64,000 nt of DNA from Porphyridium purpureum (taxonomy: Eukaryota): positions 2,108,001 to 2,172,000 of the forward strand of contig VRMN01000003.1 in assembly GCA_008690995.1 (NCBI GenBank), read 5' to 3'. The notes beneath the pieces were generated by a model. It made no database searches. It saw only the letters and a list, made by a program, of their open reading frames with translations, and was not told the origin of the DNA. How positions within the stretch are numbered: position 1 is the stretch's first letter; the number at the start of each line of letters is the position of its first letter. The position numbers and the translations under genes were made by a program. Below are positions 19,761 to 28,831 of this stretch, piece after piece.

Positions 19761-21524
19761 CTAGAAGGGCAAAGATGCCACGAGCGGCGAATGGCCGAAC
19801 AAGGCAGACTGCAGAGCGTAGACGCCAAAACCAGCAAAGAAGCCGATGGCAGCCGGTACTGAAATCTTTTTCACGTACCACATGAAATCGACTTTCTCCA
19901 TGCCCATGAGCGCCACTCCGGCTGCCGACCCAATCACCAGAATGCTGCCACCAACGCCAGCCGAGTACGCAATCAGCTGCCACAGTGCCGAGTCGACAGG
20001 GAAGTCGTTCAAGTTGTACATGCCCATGGTTGCCGCGACCAGCGGGACATTGTCGACAACCGCGCTCAGTAAGCCTATCGCCATGGCAATAAGCTCCCGT
20101 GACGGCACGTGCGAGTCCAGATAGACAGCGAGCTCCTGCAATAAACCAGCCGACTGCAGGCCAGCGACAGTTAATAGGATACCGAGGAAAAATAGCGTAC
20201 CGGCCACATCAATACGCGCGAGAGCGGCAGATGCTCGCAAGTTCTGCTTCGACTCATCGCCCGCGTGGATCACGTCTGTGATCAGCCACAGAGTGCCCAG
20301 GCCCGAAATCATGCCCAGGAAGGGCGGCAGGCCGGTGACGGTCTTGAAAATGGGGACAGAAATGAGTGCCGACAGGCCGACAGCGAAAACCAGCTTTCCG
20401 CGCGTGTCCAAGTCCAAAGGCGTTTCGCTTTCGTCATCCGTAAACCCGCTCGGCTCACGTGTTGGTTTCTCGACCTTGCCGCTCATGGACGGGGTCAAAT
20501 AGGCCAGCGCGCCTCCCATGCACGCCAAAGACGGGAGTAGCAAATCCCTCATGGTGGTCAGCGTTGAAATGTTGCCATTCATCCACAACATGGTTGTTGT
20601 AACGTCACCGATAGGTGTCCAGGCGCCTCCGGCATTCGCGGCGATCACGACAACGGACCCAAACAGCTTGCGCTCCTCGGGGTCCTTGATAAGCTTGCGC
20701 AGCAGCGAAACCATCACGATGGTCGATGTAAGATTATCCAGCATGGAGCTCATAAAAAAGGTGATCAGACCAATAACCCACAGAAGTGCCTGTCGGGAGT
20801 TTGTGCGAATCAGATCGGTCACCAGTTTGAAGCCATTGTGAGCGTCCACAATTTCTACAATGGTCATGGCGCCGACCAAAAAGTAGATGATCTCAGATAC
20901 CTCGCTCAGCGCATGGTTCAGATTTGCCAACACCAGCGCGTGGCCCTCCGCAGTCTGGCCGCCAGCGGCCGTGCCCAAGATAGCCCAGACGCCTACGCTC
21001 ATCAGTAGCGCCACGCCCGTCTTATTGAAGTCGAGAATCTCTTCAAGAATGATGCCGGCATAGCCCACCACAAACACCGCCCAAAGCGCCACGCTCTCAT
21101 GGTCGGAAATCCAATCGTGCTGCACCAAAGCCGCCACAATACTCACGAACAAACCAACACCGATTGTCCTCACCAGATCCGAGATGCGACTTTGGTCACG
21201 AGCCTCCTGCAGCGCCGCCGGCACGTCGCCGTGCGAACTCGCACCCGCATCGGGCACGCCGTTCTCCGCGGCGCTGCTCTTGGTCTTCTCCTCCGTCCCG
21301 CTAGATTCCTTCATGCACAGCTGCGTTCGCCCACGAGCCAACGCTCCATGCGTGCTCACCTTCTGCCCAACCCCACTTACGCGCCGAGTGCTATACTGAC
21401 ACAGCCGCCGACCAGGAGATCGCTGCGAGAGCTCACATGCGTGCCGCGTTCGCATGCATCGTCCGAAGCTTGCTTCCCCGCTGCGCGCAGCTATTCCGCC
21501 GCCCACAAATCCCGCAAGCACCAT
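19761..21524 (-). CDS. NHD1: NhaD-type Na+/H+ antiporter, plastid-targeted
   Basis: LDNLTSTIVM, AANAGGAWTPIGDVTTTMLW, SAVVDNVPLVAATMGMY and GGSILVIGSAAGVA motifs; many TM segments; N-terminus MVLAGFV is transit-peptide-like. Confidence 0.94.
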   Translation of the reverse strand: MVLAGFVGGGIAARSGEASFGRCMRTRHACELSQRSPGRRLCQYSTRRVSGVGQKVSTHGALARGRTQLCMKESSGTEEKTKSSAAENGVPDAGASSHGDVPAALQEARDQSRISDLVRTIGVGLFVSIVAALVQHDWISDHESVALWAVFVVGYAGIILEEILDFNKTGVALLMSVGVWAILGTAAGGQTAEGHALVLANLNHALSEVSEIIYFLVGAMTIVEIVDAHNGFKLVTDLIRTNSRQALLWVIGLITFFMSSMLDNLTSTIVMVSLLRKLIKDPEERKLFGSVVVIAANAGGAWTPIGDVTTTMLWMNGNISTLTTMRDLLLPSLACMGGALAYLTPSMSGKVEKPTREPSGFTDDESETPLDLDTRGKLVFAVGLSALISVPIFKTVTGLPPFLGMISGLGTLWLITDVIHAGDESKQNLRASAALARIDVAGTLFFLGILLTVAGLQSAGLLQELAVYLDSHVPSRELIAMAIGLLSAVVDNVPLVAATMGMYNLNDFPVDSALWQLIAYSAGVGGSILVIGSAAGVALMGMEKVDFMWYVKKISVPAAIGFFAGFGVYALQSALFGHSPLVASLPF

Positions 21525-21782
21525 TGCTCCAGCCGCCGTGCCACCTCAGCCTGCGCAGTGTCCTGCGCGACCGAGCTCAGTCCTCTGTGTCCTCCTCTCT
21601 GTCCTTCTGTCTCGCTCTGTCTCCCCCCTCTCCATCCCGAAGCCAGTCGCTCCAGCTCGAAAAACGCACGTGCGCGTCAGCCGCAAGCCGTGAGAAAAAG
21701 GCATATTAAAACGGTGCCGTTTCATGAGATTGAACTGTACTTTCCGCATGGAACTTGACGAGTGCGCGTGTGCAGCCGCGAC

Positions 21783-22676
21783 ATGGAAGACAGGGAGAGA
21801 GGGAGAGATTGTGTGTGTGTGGGTGAGTCGAAGAGGTGCAGAGCGCGCTGGGCGAGCGGGTTGCCGCGCAAGGTCACGGCGTGCGTGATGGAAATCGCGT
21901 CGATGCCCGTGGTGGCGGTGGAGTGTCTGGGAGATAACTACGCGTACGTGGTGGAGTGTCCGCACACGCGCACGTGCGCCGTCGTGGATGCCGTGGAGGT
22001 GAGCAAGGTGATGGGCGCCGTGAGCGCGCGCGGGCTAGAGCTCACGCATGTGCTGACCACGCACAAGCACTGGGATCACGCCAGTGGGAATCTTGAGATG
22101 AAGGCGCTCTACCCGCACGTGCAGGTGGTGGGTGGACGCAACGACGATGTGCCTGCCGCCACAATGGCCGTGAGCGACGGCGACACCTTCCGCGTGGGAT
22201 CGCTCGAGGTCACGTGTCTATGGACACCGTGCCACACGCGCGGACATATCTGCTACTATGTGCGCAGTTTAGAAACGCAGGATGATCCCGGAGCAGTGTT
22301 CACTGGCGACACGCTGTTCATAGCAGGCTGCGGCCGCTTCTTTGAAGGAAGCGCAAACGACATGTGCGCCGCGCTCAGCAAGCTGGCCAGCCTCCCGGAC
22401 GACACAAGAGTGTACTGCGGCCATGAATACACCGTCGCCAACCTGCGCTTCGCGCTAAGCATAGAGCCAGACAGCGAGCCGCTCCAGGCCAAGCTCGCTT
22501 GGGCCAACGAACAACGCAGCCGACAGGCTCCCACAATACCGTCGCTTATCTCTGACGAAAAGAGCACCAACCCGTTTTTGCGCACAGACGTGCCAAGCGT
22601 CCAGGCCGCCGTGCAGCAATCCGAACCCATTGCCACCATGCAAGCGCTCCGCGACCGCAAAAACGCCTTCAAGTAG
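21783..22676 (+). CDS. GLX2: Hydroxyacylglutathione hydrolase (glyoxalase II)
   Basis: DNYAY, THKHWDH, TPCHT, FTGDTLF, GCGRFFEG, CGHEYT and EKxTNPFLR motifs. Start is either 21783 or 21888. Confidence 0.94.
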   Translation: MEDRERGRDCVCVGESKRCRARWASGLPRKVTACVMEIASMPVVAVECLGDNYAYVVECPHTRTCAVVDAVEVSKVMGAVSARGLELTHVLTTHKHWDHASGNLEMKALYPHVQVVGGRNDDVPAATMAVSDGDTFRVGSLEVTCLWTPCHTRGHICYYVRSLETQDDPGAVFTGDTLFIAGCGRFFEGSANDMCAALSKLASLPDDTRVYCGHEYTVANLRFALSIEPDSEPLQAKLAWANEQRSRQAPTIPSLISDEKSTNPFLRTDVPSVQAAVQQSEPIATMQALRDRKNAFK

Positions 22677-22739
22677 TTTGCCCGGCCACAACACCCCGAA
22701 GCGCCGCCACGCTCATTCCGGCCACGGCGTTCTGTAAAT

Positions 22740-22797
22740 GGTTTATTGGTTTATCGGCTTATAGGCTTAACGGTTTATTGGTTCGATCGGTTTCACC
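22740..22797. repeat. Degenerate 8-9 bp tandem array GG(T/C)TTA(T/A)N, about 7 units
   Basis: GGTTTATT GGTTTATC GGCTTATA GGCTTAAC GGTTTATT GGTTCGATC GGTTTCACC; an AT-rich island in GC-rich intergenic DNA. Confidence 0.75.
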
Positions 22798-23138
22798 GTG
22801 GTGGATCGCCTCAGCGTCGCACAAGTGGCGGATGCGGGACCACGTGGAAACACGGACGAGAGTGGCAATCTGTGCTCGCCGACCGTCGCACTCGCAAAGA
22901 CGCTAAGCGGGAAGAAGAGCTCAACCCACGCGCTAACCCGTGCACACGTATAAAGTGCGGGAGCAGTTTTGCTGGAGCCTTTGCGAGCGTCGATTGGGCC
23001 GTTTGGCGACTTTCGTTTACGGATTCACGCGCGTTTGGTGCGAGTCACAGACGGAGAAGCCGAATCATTGTTTCTTTGTTTCTTCTTCCTGTTCTACATT
23101 GGTAGCGGCGTTGGTCGTGAAACAGTTTTGAGGTCGCC

Positions 23139-24518
23139 ATGTCAGAAATTTTGCCGCCTACAGCGCCAAGCTCCGGCGGGACAGGGCGCTCGGATAAAAC
23201 CATTCTGGGCCGGTCCGTCCCGCAGATGACAAGTGACAGTGAGAGTGACATCGACAATGTGCGGCGAAACCAGTCACTGGCAGAACTGACGGGGTTCAGT
23301 CACGAGCCGGACACGCCGACGGTGGTGATCAAAGTGGGGACCTCCACGATTATGCGAGAAAGTAGCCCGGCGTCTGATTCAGTAGTGACGGCCTCGAGCG
23401 TCGCAGAGGCGGCCGGTATGTCTTTGGACGCGGACGAAGGTGAGCTGGCGATCTCGACGCTAGCGCTGCTGACAGATACGATTCTGACGCTCAAGCGCGG
23501 CGGTTTTGGTGTGGTTCTGGTCACGTCGGGAGCCGTAGGCATGGGATGCCGCGAAATGGGCATCACGCAGCGCCCGGACAGTCTTGCCGCCAAGCAGGCA
23601 CTTGCGGCTGTGGGGCAACTGAAGCTCATGCAGGCGTACGCTGACTTGTTTCGCCTGGGTAACCAGCCGGTGGCGCAAGTGCTCCTGTCGCGCACGGATT
23701 TCACCCAGAAGCATCAATACTTCAACGCGCGGAATACGCTGATGGAGCTGCTGAAGCTCGGCGTCATTCCCATTGTGAATGAGAATGACACAGTCGCGAC
23801 CGAGGAGCTGCGCTTCGGTGATAATGACTCGCTCAGTGCGTTTGTGGCCGGGCTCGTGAGCGCCAAGTGGCTGTTCCTGCTCACTGACGTGGACCAGCTG
23901 TACACGGACAATCCACGCAACAACCCAGACGCAGAACCTATCGCAGTGGTCAAGAACATTGAGGAGCTGGATGTCGGATTCGGTCAGAGCGGCAAGGGCG
24001 GTACGCAGTGGGGTACGGGGGGTATGATCACCAAAATTGTCGCAGCGCGACTGGCCACGGCAGCCGGCGTCACGGTGTGTGTTTCGCACGGTCGGCATCC
24101 TCACCGCATTCTGGACTTTGTCATGAATCGCGGCGAAATGTGCGGTACGGTCTTCATTGCGCGCTCGCGCAAGGCAGCCATCCGCAAGGGCCGCAAGCGC
24201 TGGATTGCGCAGGGCCTCGTACCGCGCGGCAAGATCTGGATTGATGACGGCGCGGTGCGTGCCATTCGCATGAAGAAGAGCTTGTTCCCCGTTGGCGTGC
24301 GAAAGGTTGAGGGCAGCTTTGAGTCCAACAATTCGATCACTGTGCTCGATTTGCAGGACCGCGAGGTCGCGTGCGGCATTTCCAACTTCTCACGCGATGA
24401 ATGCGAGATGATTCTCGGCAAGCACAGCGATGAGGTCAACGAAATCCTCGGTTATCACGCCGACGAAGAGCTTATCCACCGCGGCAATCTCGTTGTATTC
24501 AAGATGGAGGATTGCTAG
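23139..24518 (+). CDS. proB: Glutamate 5-kinase with C-terminal PUA domain (monofunctional, ProB-type)
   Basis: VIKVGTS, VTSGAV, QALAAVGQ, PIVNENDTV, FGDNDSLSA, GTGGMITK, and a PUA domain (SLFPVGV). Confidence 0.95.
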   Translation: MSEILPPTAPSSGGTGRSDKTILGRSVPQMTSDSESDIDNVRRNQSLAELTGFSHEPDTPTVVIKVGTSTIMRESSPASDSVVTASSVAEAAGMSLDADEGELAISTLALLTDTILTLKRGGFGVVLVTSGAVGMGCREMGITQRPDSLAAKQALAAVGQLKLMQAYADLFRLGNQPVAQVLLSRTDFTQKHQYFNARNTLMELLKLGVIPIVNENDTVATEELRFGDNDSLSAFVAGLVSAKWLFLLTDVDQLYTDNPRNNPDAEPIAVVKNIEELDVGFGQSGKGGTQWGTGGMITKIVAARLATAAGVTVCVSHGRHPHRILDFVMNRGEMCGTVFIARSRKAAIRKGRKRWIAQGLVPRGKIWIDDGAVRAIRMKKSLFPVGVRKVEGSFESNNSITVLDLQDREVACGISNFSRDECEMILGKHSDEVNEILGYHADEELIHRGNLVVFKMEDC

Positions 24519-24803
24519 ACAAATCACTGGAGCAGAAAGGTGCGCCTATCGATTGGTTAGGTAGAGATACAGCGCTTAAAGGATTATAAATGCAGATACT
24601 ATCGCTTGCAGAATGAGCGATGTAGGATGGCTCTTGTCTTTGTCATTCGGGAGTCCTACGCACGTGTTATTCCGGACGGCTCCTGCTGTCACCAACGCAC
24701 CCAACCGTAATAACCAGAGGAGAGCAAATAAACACGGAATTCGAGGACAACAAGCGTCACCAAAGAGAGAAGCAGCGCCAAAAAGAAAGAGTTCGGGAGT
24801 AGG

Positions 24804-26186
24804 ATGGAGGTCATGAGCAGAAGGAGTCAAACCGGCCCGTTTCAATCGCAAGCGTACTCTTCCGCGCGGATGGGGGCTCTAGTTCCCGTGCTGGCGGTGT
24901 ATTTGCTCTGTCTGAGTGGCGTGCGCAGCACAGAGCACGGGTACAACGCGCAGCTCGATCCAGAGCGTATGACGACGCAAGAAGTGGATGCCGAGCTTGT
25001 AATGCTTGGCCAGAAGCTTGCGCAGGAGATGCAGGCGGTAGGTGCGTTTGAGCGCGGTGTGGAACAGATCACGAAGGAGCTGGAGCGGCAGGAGCTCAAG
25101 TACGACCAGCAGAGGAAGCGCCTCGCGGATTTGGACGCGGAGAGTGCGTCGATGCGTGCTCGGCTTGCCGTCGTCACCGACGAAGCAAACGCTCAGCAGC
25201 GGCTGCTTGAAGCAAAGCAAGGCGAGCTGGAAGAGACTAAGCGCACCAAACAGCTCCTGGAGGACAACTGGCACGCGCTCAAGCTGACTGACTACCTTGA
25301 GAAGCGCGCCGAACAGTTTGGTCCCGTTTCGCGCACCCTCGTGACGCGCGCAGTCCAGGACGCCTTGCCATTTGCATCTGGCAAAGTGCGTACGTTGCGT
25401 GCCTACCGTGAGCAGCACCCGATCGCCGCGAAAATCGTACTGGCGACTGTGTCCTTCGGCTCGGCGGCATGTATTTTTACAGTGCTCAGGCTGTGGCATA
25501 TTTACCATGGTGTGATTACCATGGCTGGCGTCGTTCTGGTGCTGGATGCATGGGGCGCCTTGGCCACGCTGGTGATGTTAAGCCTGGACGTGATGCTGGG
25601 CGTGGACCCCGTGTGGGCCATGAGACTGCATCATGAGCAAATGTTCTGGGTGGTTGTGCTGGGCACGCTGTTTTTCTTTCTTGTGGCGCTCACGACACGC
25701 GTAGTGTACCTGGCATCGCACCTGTCGATCAGCAAGTTTGGCGAGCTTGTGGTGCTGATCATGGTGCAGCGCCATTTCATTATCACGGTGCTGATGGGTT
25801 CGCTCGCACCAAACGAGACAGAGCAGACGCAGCACGCTCGATTTCTGACTTTGTACGCGCTCACCACGGCCTTGTTCGCGCTCTTTTTCTACACGCGCCT
25901 CGAAGAAGTAACCGGCATGAAGAGCCCAGCCGAGCTTTTGGCATGGGTGCGCATCAACCTTCGACCCATTCTGTCCGCCCTCATGTTCTCCCGTGACAGC
26001 GCCAAGCGACTCAGCTCGAGGGCCGCGCTCAGGTCAGACCGAGCGTACCGCAGCTTGTCAAAATCCAGGAAACACAAGCACTCTGGTTCCGACTCCGACG
26101 ACTCGTACCATTCAGACGATAACACGTCGTCTGTCGATGCGAGCCACGATGACGAGCTGCGTAACTCGTCGGACAGTTCAGACTAG
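24804..26186 (+). CDS. Hypothetical membrane protein: signal peptide, coiled coil, about 5 TM helices, Ser/Asp-rich tail
   Basis: Long ORF with a hydrophobic N-terminus from Met at 24870 (alternative start), a heptad-like E/K/Q/L region, then several hydrophobic stretches. Confidence 0.72.
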   Translation: MEVMSRRSQTGPFQSQAYSSARMGALVPVLAVYLLCLSGVRSTEHGYNAQLDPERMTTQEVDAELVMLGQKLAQEMQAVGAFERGVEQITKELERQELKYDQQRKRLADLDAESASMRARLAVVTDEANAQQRLLEAKQGELEETKRTKQLLEDNWHALKLTDYLEKRAEQFGPVSRTLVTRAVQDALPFASGKVRTLRAYREQHPIAAKIVLATVSFGSAACIFTVLRLWHIYHGVITMAGVVLVLDAWGALATLVMLSLDVMLGVDPVWAMRLHHEQMFWVVVLGTLFFFLVALTTRVVYLASHLSISKFGELVVLIMVQRHFIITVLMGSLAPNETEQTQHARFLTLYALTTALFALFFYTRLEEVTGMKSPAELLAWVRINLRPILSALMFSRDSAKRLSSRAALRSDRAYRSLSKSRKHKHSGSDSDDSYHSDDNTSSVDASHDDELRNSSDSSD

Positions 26187-26276
26187 GAGCCGACTGTATA
26201 AAGTATTGATCTCGGAGATTCGTGTAGCGGTAGGATGGAGGCAACGGCGACGGAGAGCGTGGAGAGCGTGGAGACC

Positions 26277-27185
26277 ATGGCCGTGACGCTGGCTTTCACA
26301 AGCTCGGCTGCCGCGCTCGCGAACAGAGACGCACAGAACAGTGCATGCGGTGAGCTACGCAAGCAGGTGTGCGAGTGTGGAGCGGCTGCTGCTGGCGCGG
26401 TGCTCGCGACAAAGCCGCGGGTGAGCTCTTTATCTCTACGTGGGTACTCCGGTGCTGTTGCGCGGTGGCGCCTAGCGGCGTATGTCCAGGAGGAACAGGA
26501 GGGCCGCGGGAATGCGAACGCGGAGGACAAGCCGCGCAAGGTGACGGCGGCCTTCGTGAGGCACATTCAGCTTGACGCAGAGGAAATGGCAGTGCGTGTG
26601 TTGGACATGTTGCGCGAAAGCAGCGCGGCCGGCGCCGAGAAGGCCAAAGCGACATTTGAAGAATTGGCCAAATTGTCGGTGTGTGACACAAAGGAGCAAG
26701 CCGGGAATCTGGGCTGGGTTCGGAAAGGCACGATGGTTCCTGAACTGGAACGCGCCGCGTTTGCCGCAGAGCCAGGCGAGTTTTTCATTGTCAAGTCGCG
26801 TCTCGGGTGGCATGTCGGTCAGGTGGACGCCAAGTCGTACGATGATTTGTCCATCACAATGGACCAGTTTCTGGAGCGATATCCTGGCTGCCTGCAGGGC
26901 ACCAGCGTGCAACTCGTCGACGTGCGAGAACGCGGTGAGCTAGAGCAACCTGGATACGGCCTGCTTTCGGGCTTTCTCTCCGTCCCTACAAGCGAGTATG
27001 TGGACTGGGGCCCGGCGCTTCTCAAGGGAGAGCTCTTGGACAAGGAAAAGGAAACACTGGTCATGTGCAAGTCTGGTGTGCGAGCACAACAGATGTGCGT
27101 CTTTTTCGCACAGCAGGGTATTCGTAATCTCAAGTTTATCATCGGAGGCATGGATGAGTTCATCAAGAGAAATCCCAAAACGTAG
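26277..27185 (+). CDS. Parvulin (PpiC) PPIase-rhodanese fusion, plastid-type (STR12/PIN3-like)
   Basis: VRHI, FEELAKLS, GNLGW, GTMVPELE and SRLGWH (rotamase), then LVDVRE and MCKSGVRA (rhodanese Cys loop). MAVTLAF is a transit-peptide-like start; an upstream ATG at 26235 is also possible. Confidence 0.88.
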   Translation: MAVTLAFTSSAAALANRDAQNSACGELRKQVCECGAAAAGAVLATKPRVSSLSLRGYSGAVARWRLAAYVQEEQEGRGNANAEDKPRKVTAAFVRHIQLDAEEMAVRVLDMLRESSAAGAEKAKATFEELAKLSVCDTKEQAGNLGWVRKGTMVPELERAAFAAEPGEFFIVKSRLGWHVGQVDAKSYDDLSITMDQFLERYPGCLQGTSVQLVDVRERGELEQPGYGLLSGFLSVPTSEYVDWGPALLKGELLDKEKETLVMCKSGVRAQQMCVFFAQQGIRNLKFIIGGMDEFIKRNPKT

Positions 27186-27328
27186 ATTCTAGATTACTGG
27201 TAGACGTAGCTCTGCACAAAGGAGCATGTGCGATGAATAAACCAAAGAGCGACCATCACCTAAATCATGAGCTTGATAGCAAAACCGAAATGGGTCAAGC
27301 ACAGGAACCACCCTGAGTGCCACAAAAC

Positions 27329-28237
27329 TCAAAAGCTTCTCTGTAGATGCTGCAGGTGTCGACGCGCGCCTCGTGCGCCAATCTTATTTGAATGGATCAG
27401 ATGGTCCATGTCTACTGCGCTCGGGTCAGAATGTTTGCTGGTTGAGGCTTTTGTGGCTCCGCCCAGGAACTCACCTCTCCGCTGCCACTTGGTTTCTATG
27501 ACTCGCCGCGCGCGGCGAATTCGGGGGGCAATTTCTCTTTGCAAGAACGCAGTCACTGTATCGCGGAACATAAACGCCAACACAGCAACTGCAATGCCGC
27601 TCATTATGATCAGGACGGAAGCAGCCGTGTACTTTCCCGAGCGTCTCGTCCCTGTCTGTACTCTATCAGCACCCACGCCGCCATTCATGACCGAATCTCG
27701 CTGCCGAGCTGAGAAATCGCCCTCTTGTGTACTTCTCCAATCCTTCGACTGCACGTCGTTCGCGCGAACTCGTTGACGCGAAGCCGATTGTGTAGACGCG
27801 GCGTCATCCGGCCGCCGCGTCCCGTGTCCGTCTTTCAAACCATTCTGCGCAGGGTTGCGCGGCTCCAACTCTGCAGCAACGCGAGCATGACCTGCCTCGC
27901 GCTCCTCACATAAGAGCGTCCACTCCTCGATTGCGTCTGAATATGCGCGCGACCACGAACACCGGTCCATGCATTTGAGCCACAACGCGCGAGACGTGTG
28001 TGCACGCACTGACGCACTACACGAAGCGTCACATCGCGAGCTCTGATACAACTGCAAGCACGGTGACGACACGAGCACCTGCGACAACGCCGCTTGCAAA
28101 TTCACGCACTCGTACCGGCACATGCGCTCCGAATCCCATCGCTGCGCGTCCACCACTCGCAGCTCCGTGCCGATCACAAGCAGGACCACCACAGCCGCAG
28201 CCACCGCTTTCACCTCCGATCTTTTCAACCCCACCAT
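27329..28237 (-). CDS. Hypothetical type I membrane protein with Cys-rich ectodomain
   Basis: Signal-like AVAAAVVVLLVIG, 8 Cys within about 70 aa, a single TM (ASVLIIMSGIAVAVLAFMF) and a basic tail. Start is 28237 or 28306. Confidence 0.7.
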   Translation of the reverse strand: MVGLKRSEVKAVAAAVVVLLVIGTELRVVDAQRWDSERMCRYECVNLQAALSQVLVSSPCLQLYQSSRCDASCSASVRAHTSRALWLKCMDRCSWSRAYSDAIEEWTLLCEEREAGHARVAAELEPRNPAQNGLKDGHGTRRPDDAASTQSASRQRVRANDVQSKDWRSTQEGDFSARQRDSVMNGGVGADRVQTGTRRSGKYTAASVLIIMSGIAVAVLAFMFRDTVTAFLQREIAPRIRRARRVIETKWQRRGEFLGGATKASTSKHSDPSAVDMDHLIHSNKIGARGARRHLQHLQRSF

Positions 28238-28605
28238 CACATCCCGCTCATTCACCACCCGCTCATCACTCCATACCCACCCAAACACGTGCCACCTCCT
28301 ATGCAACCATCGACACTCTCACCCATCTCCGTCCCGTCCTCCGCGTCTCCTGACTCAAAACCGGCCGAACTTTCCCAACCCACGTCAACCCTGCACACAT
28401 ATATATATATCCGGAAACAACGCAGCGCGCCGCCGCTTCCCAACCGCGTGCTCCTTCCTTCCGTTCTGCCCTCCCTTCCCGTCCTTCCCGTCCTTTCCTC
28501 CCCTGCCCCTCACACCCCGCCTCTCAACCTTTCCTCCGCGCGCCACCGCGTTTCGTTCCGTGTCCGCTTCAACCAGTTAACCGGTTTATCGCTTAACGAC
28601 TAAAA

Positions 28606-28667
28606 GTACAGTGTTGCTGTACCCTAATCATTAAGGTACAGCGACGCGCTGGTTGGGTAGTGTACAG
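28606..28667. promoter_or_regulatory. Cluster of four GTACAG/CTGTAC motifs in a divergent promoter upstream of separase
   Basis: GTACAG at 28606, 28636 and 28662; CTGTAC at 28617. The same motif recurs in other upstream regions. Confidence 0.5.
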
Positions 28668-28831
28668 CGCAGTTTGAATTGTGTGCGGGTTTGAACGTTT
28701 GAATTGTGTGTTTGAGAGGGCGCGTATCGGGTGATTGGATGGTGGACGGAATGGGGAGCAGACGACTGAAGGATGCGTGGGAGAAGAGAGAGAGCGAGAG
28801 AGAGAGACTGTCTATGTGAGCCAGTGCGAGT

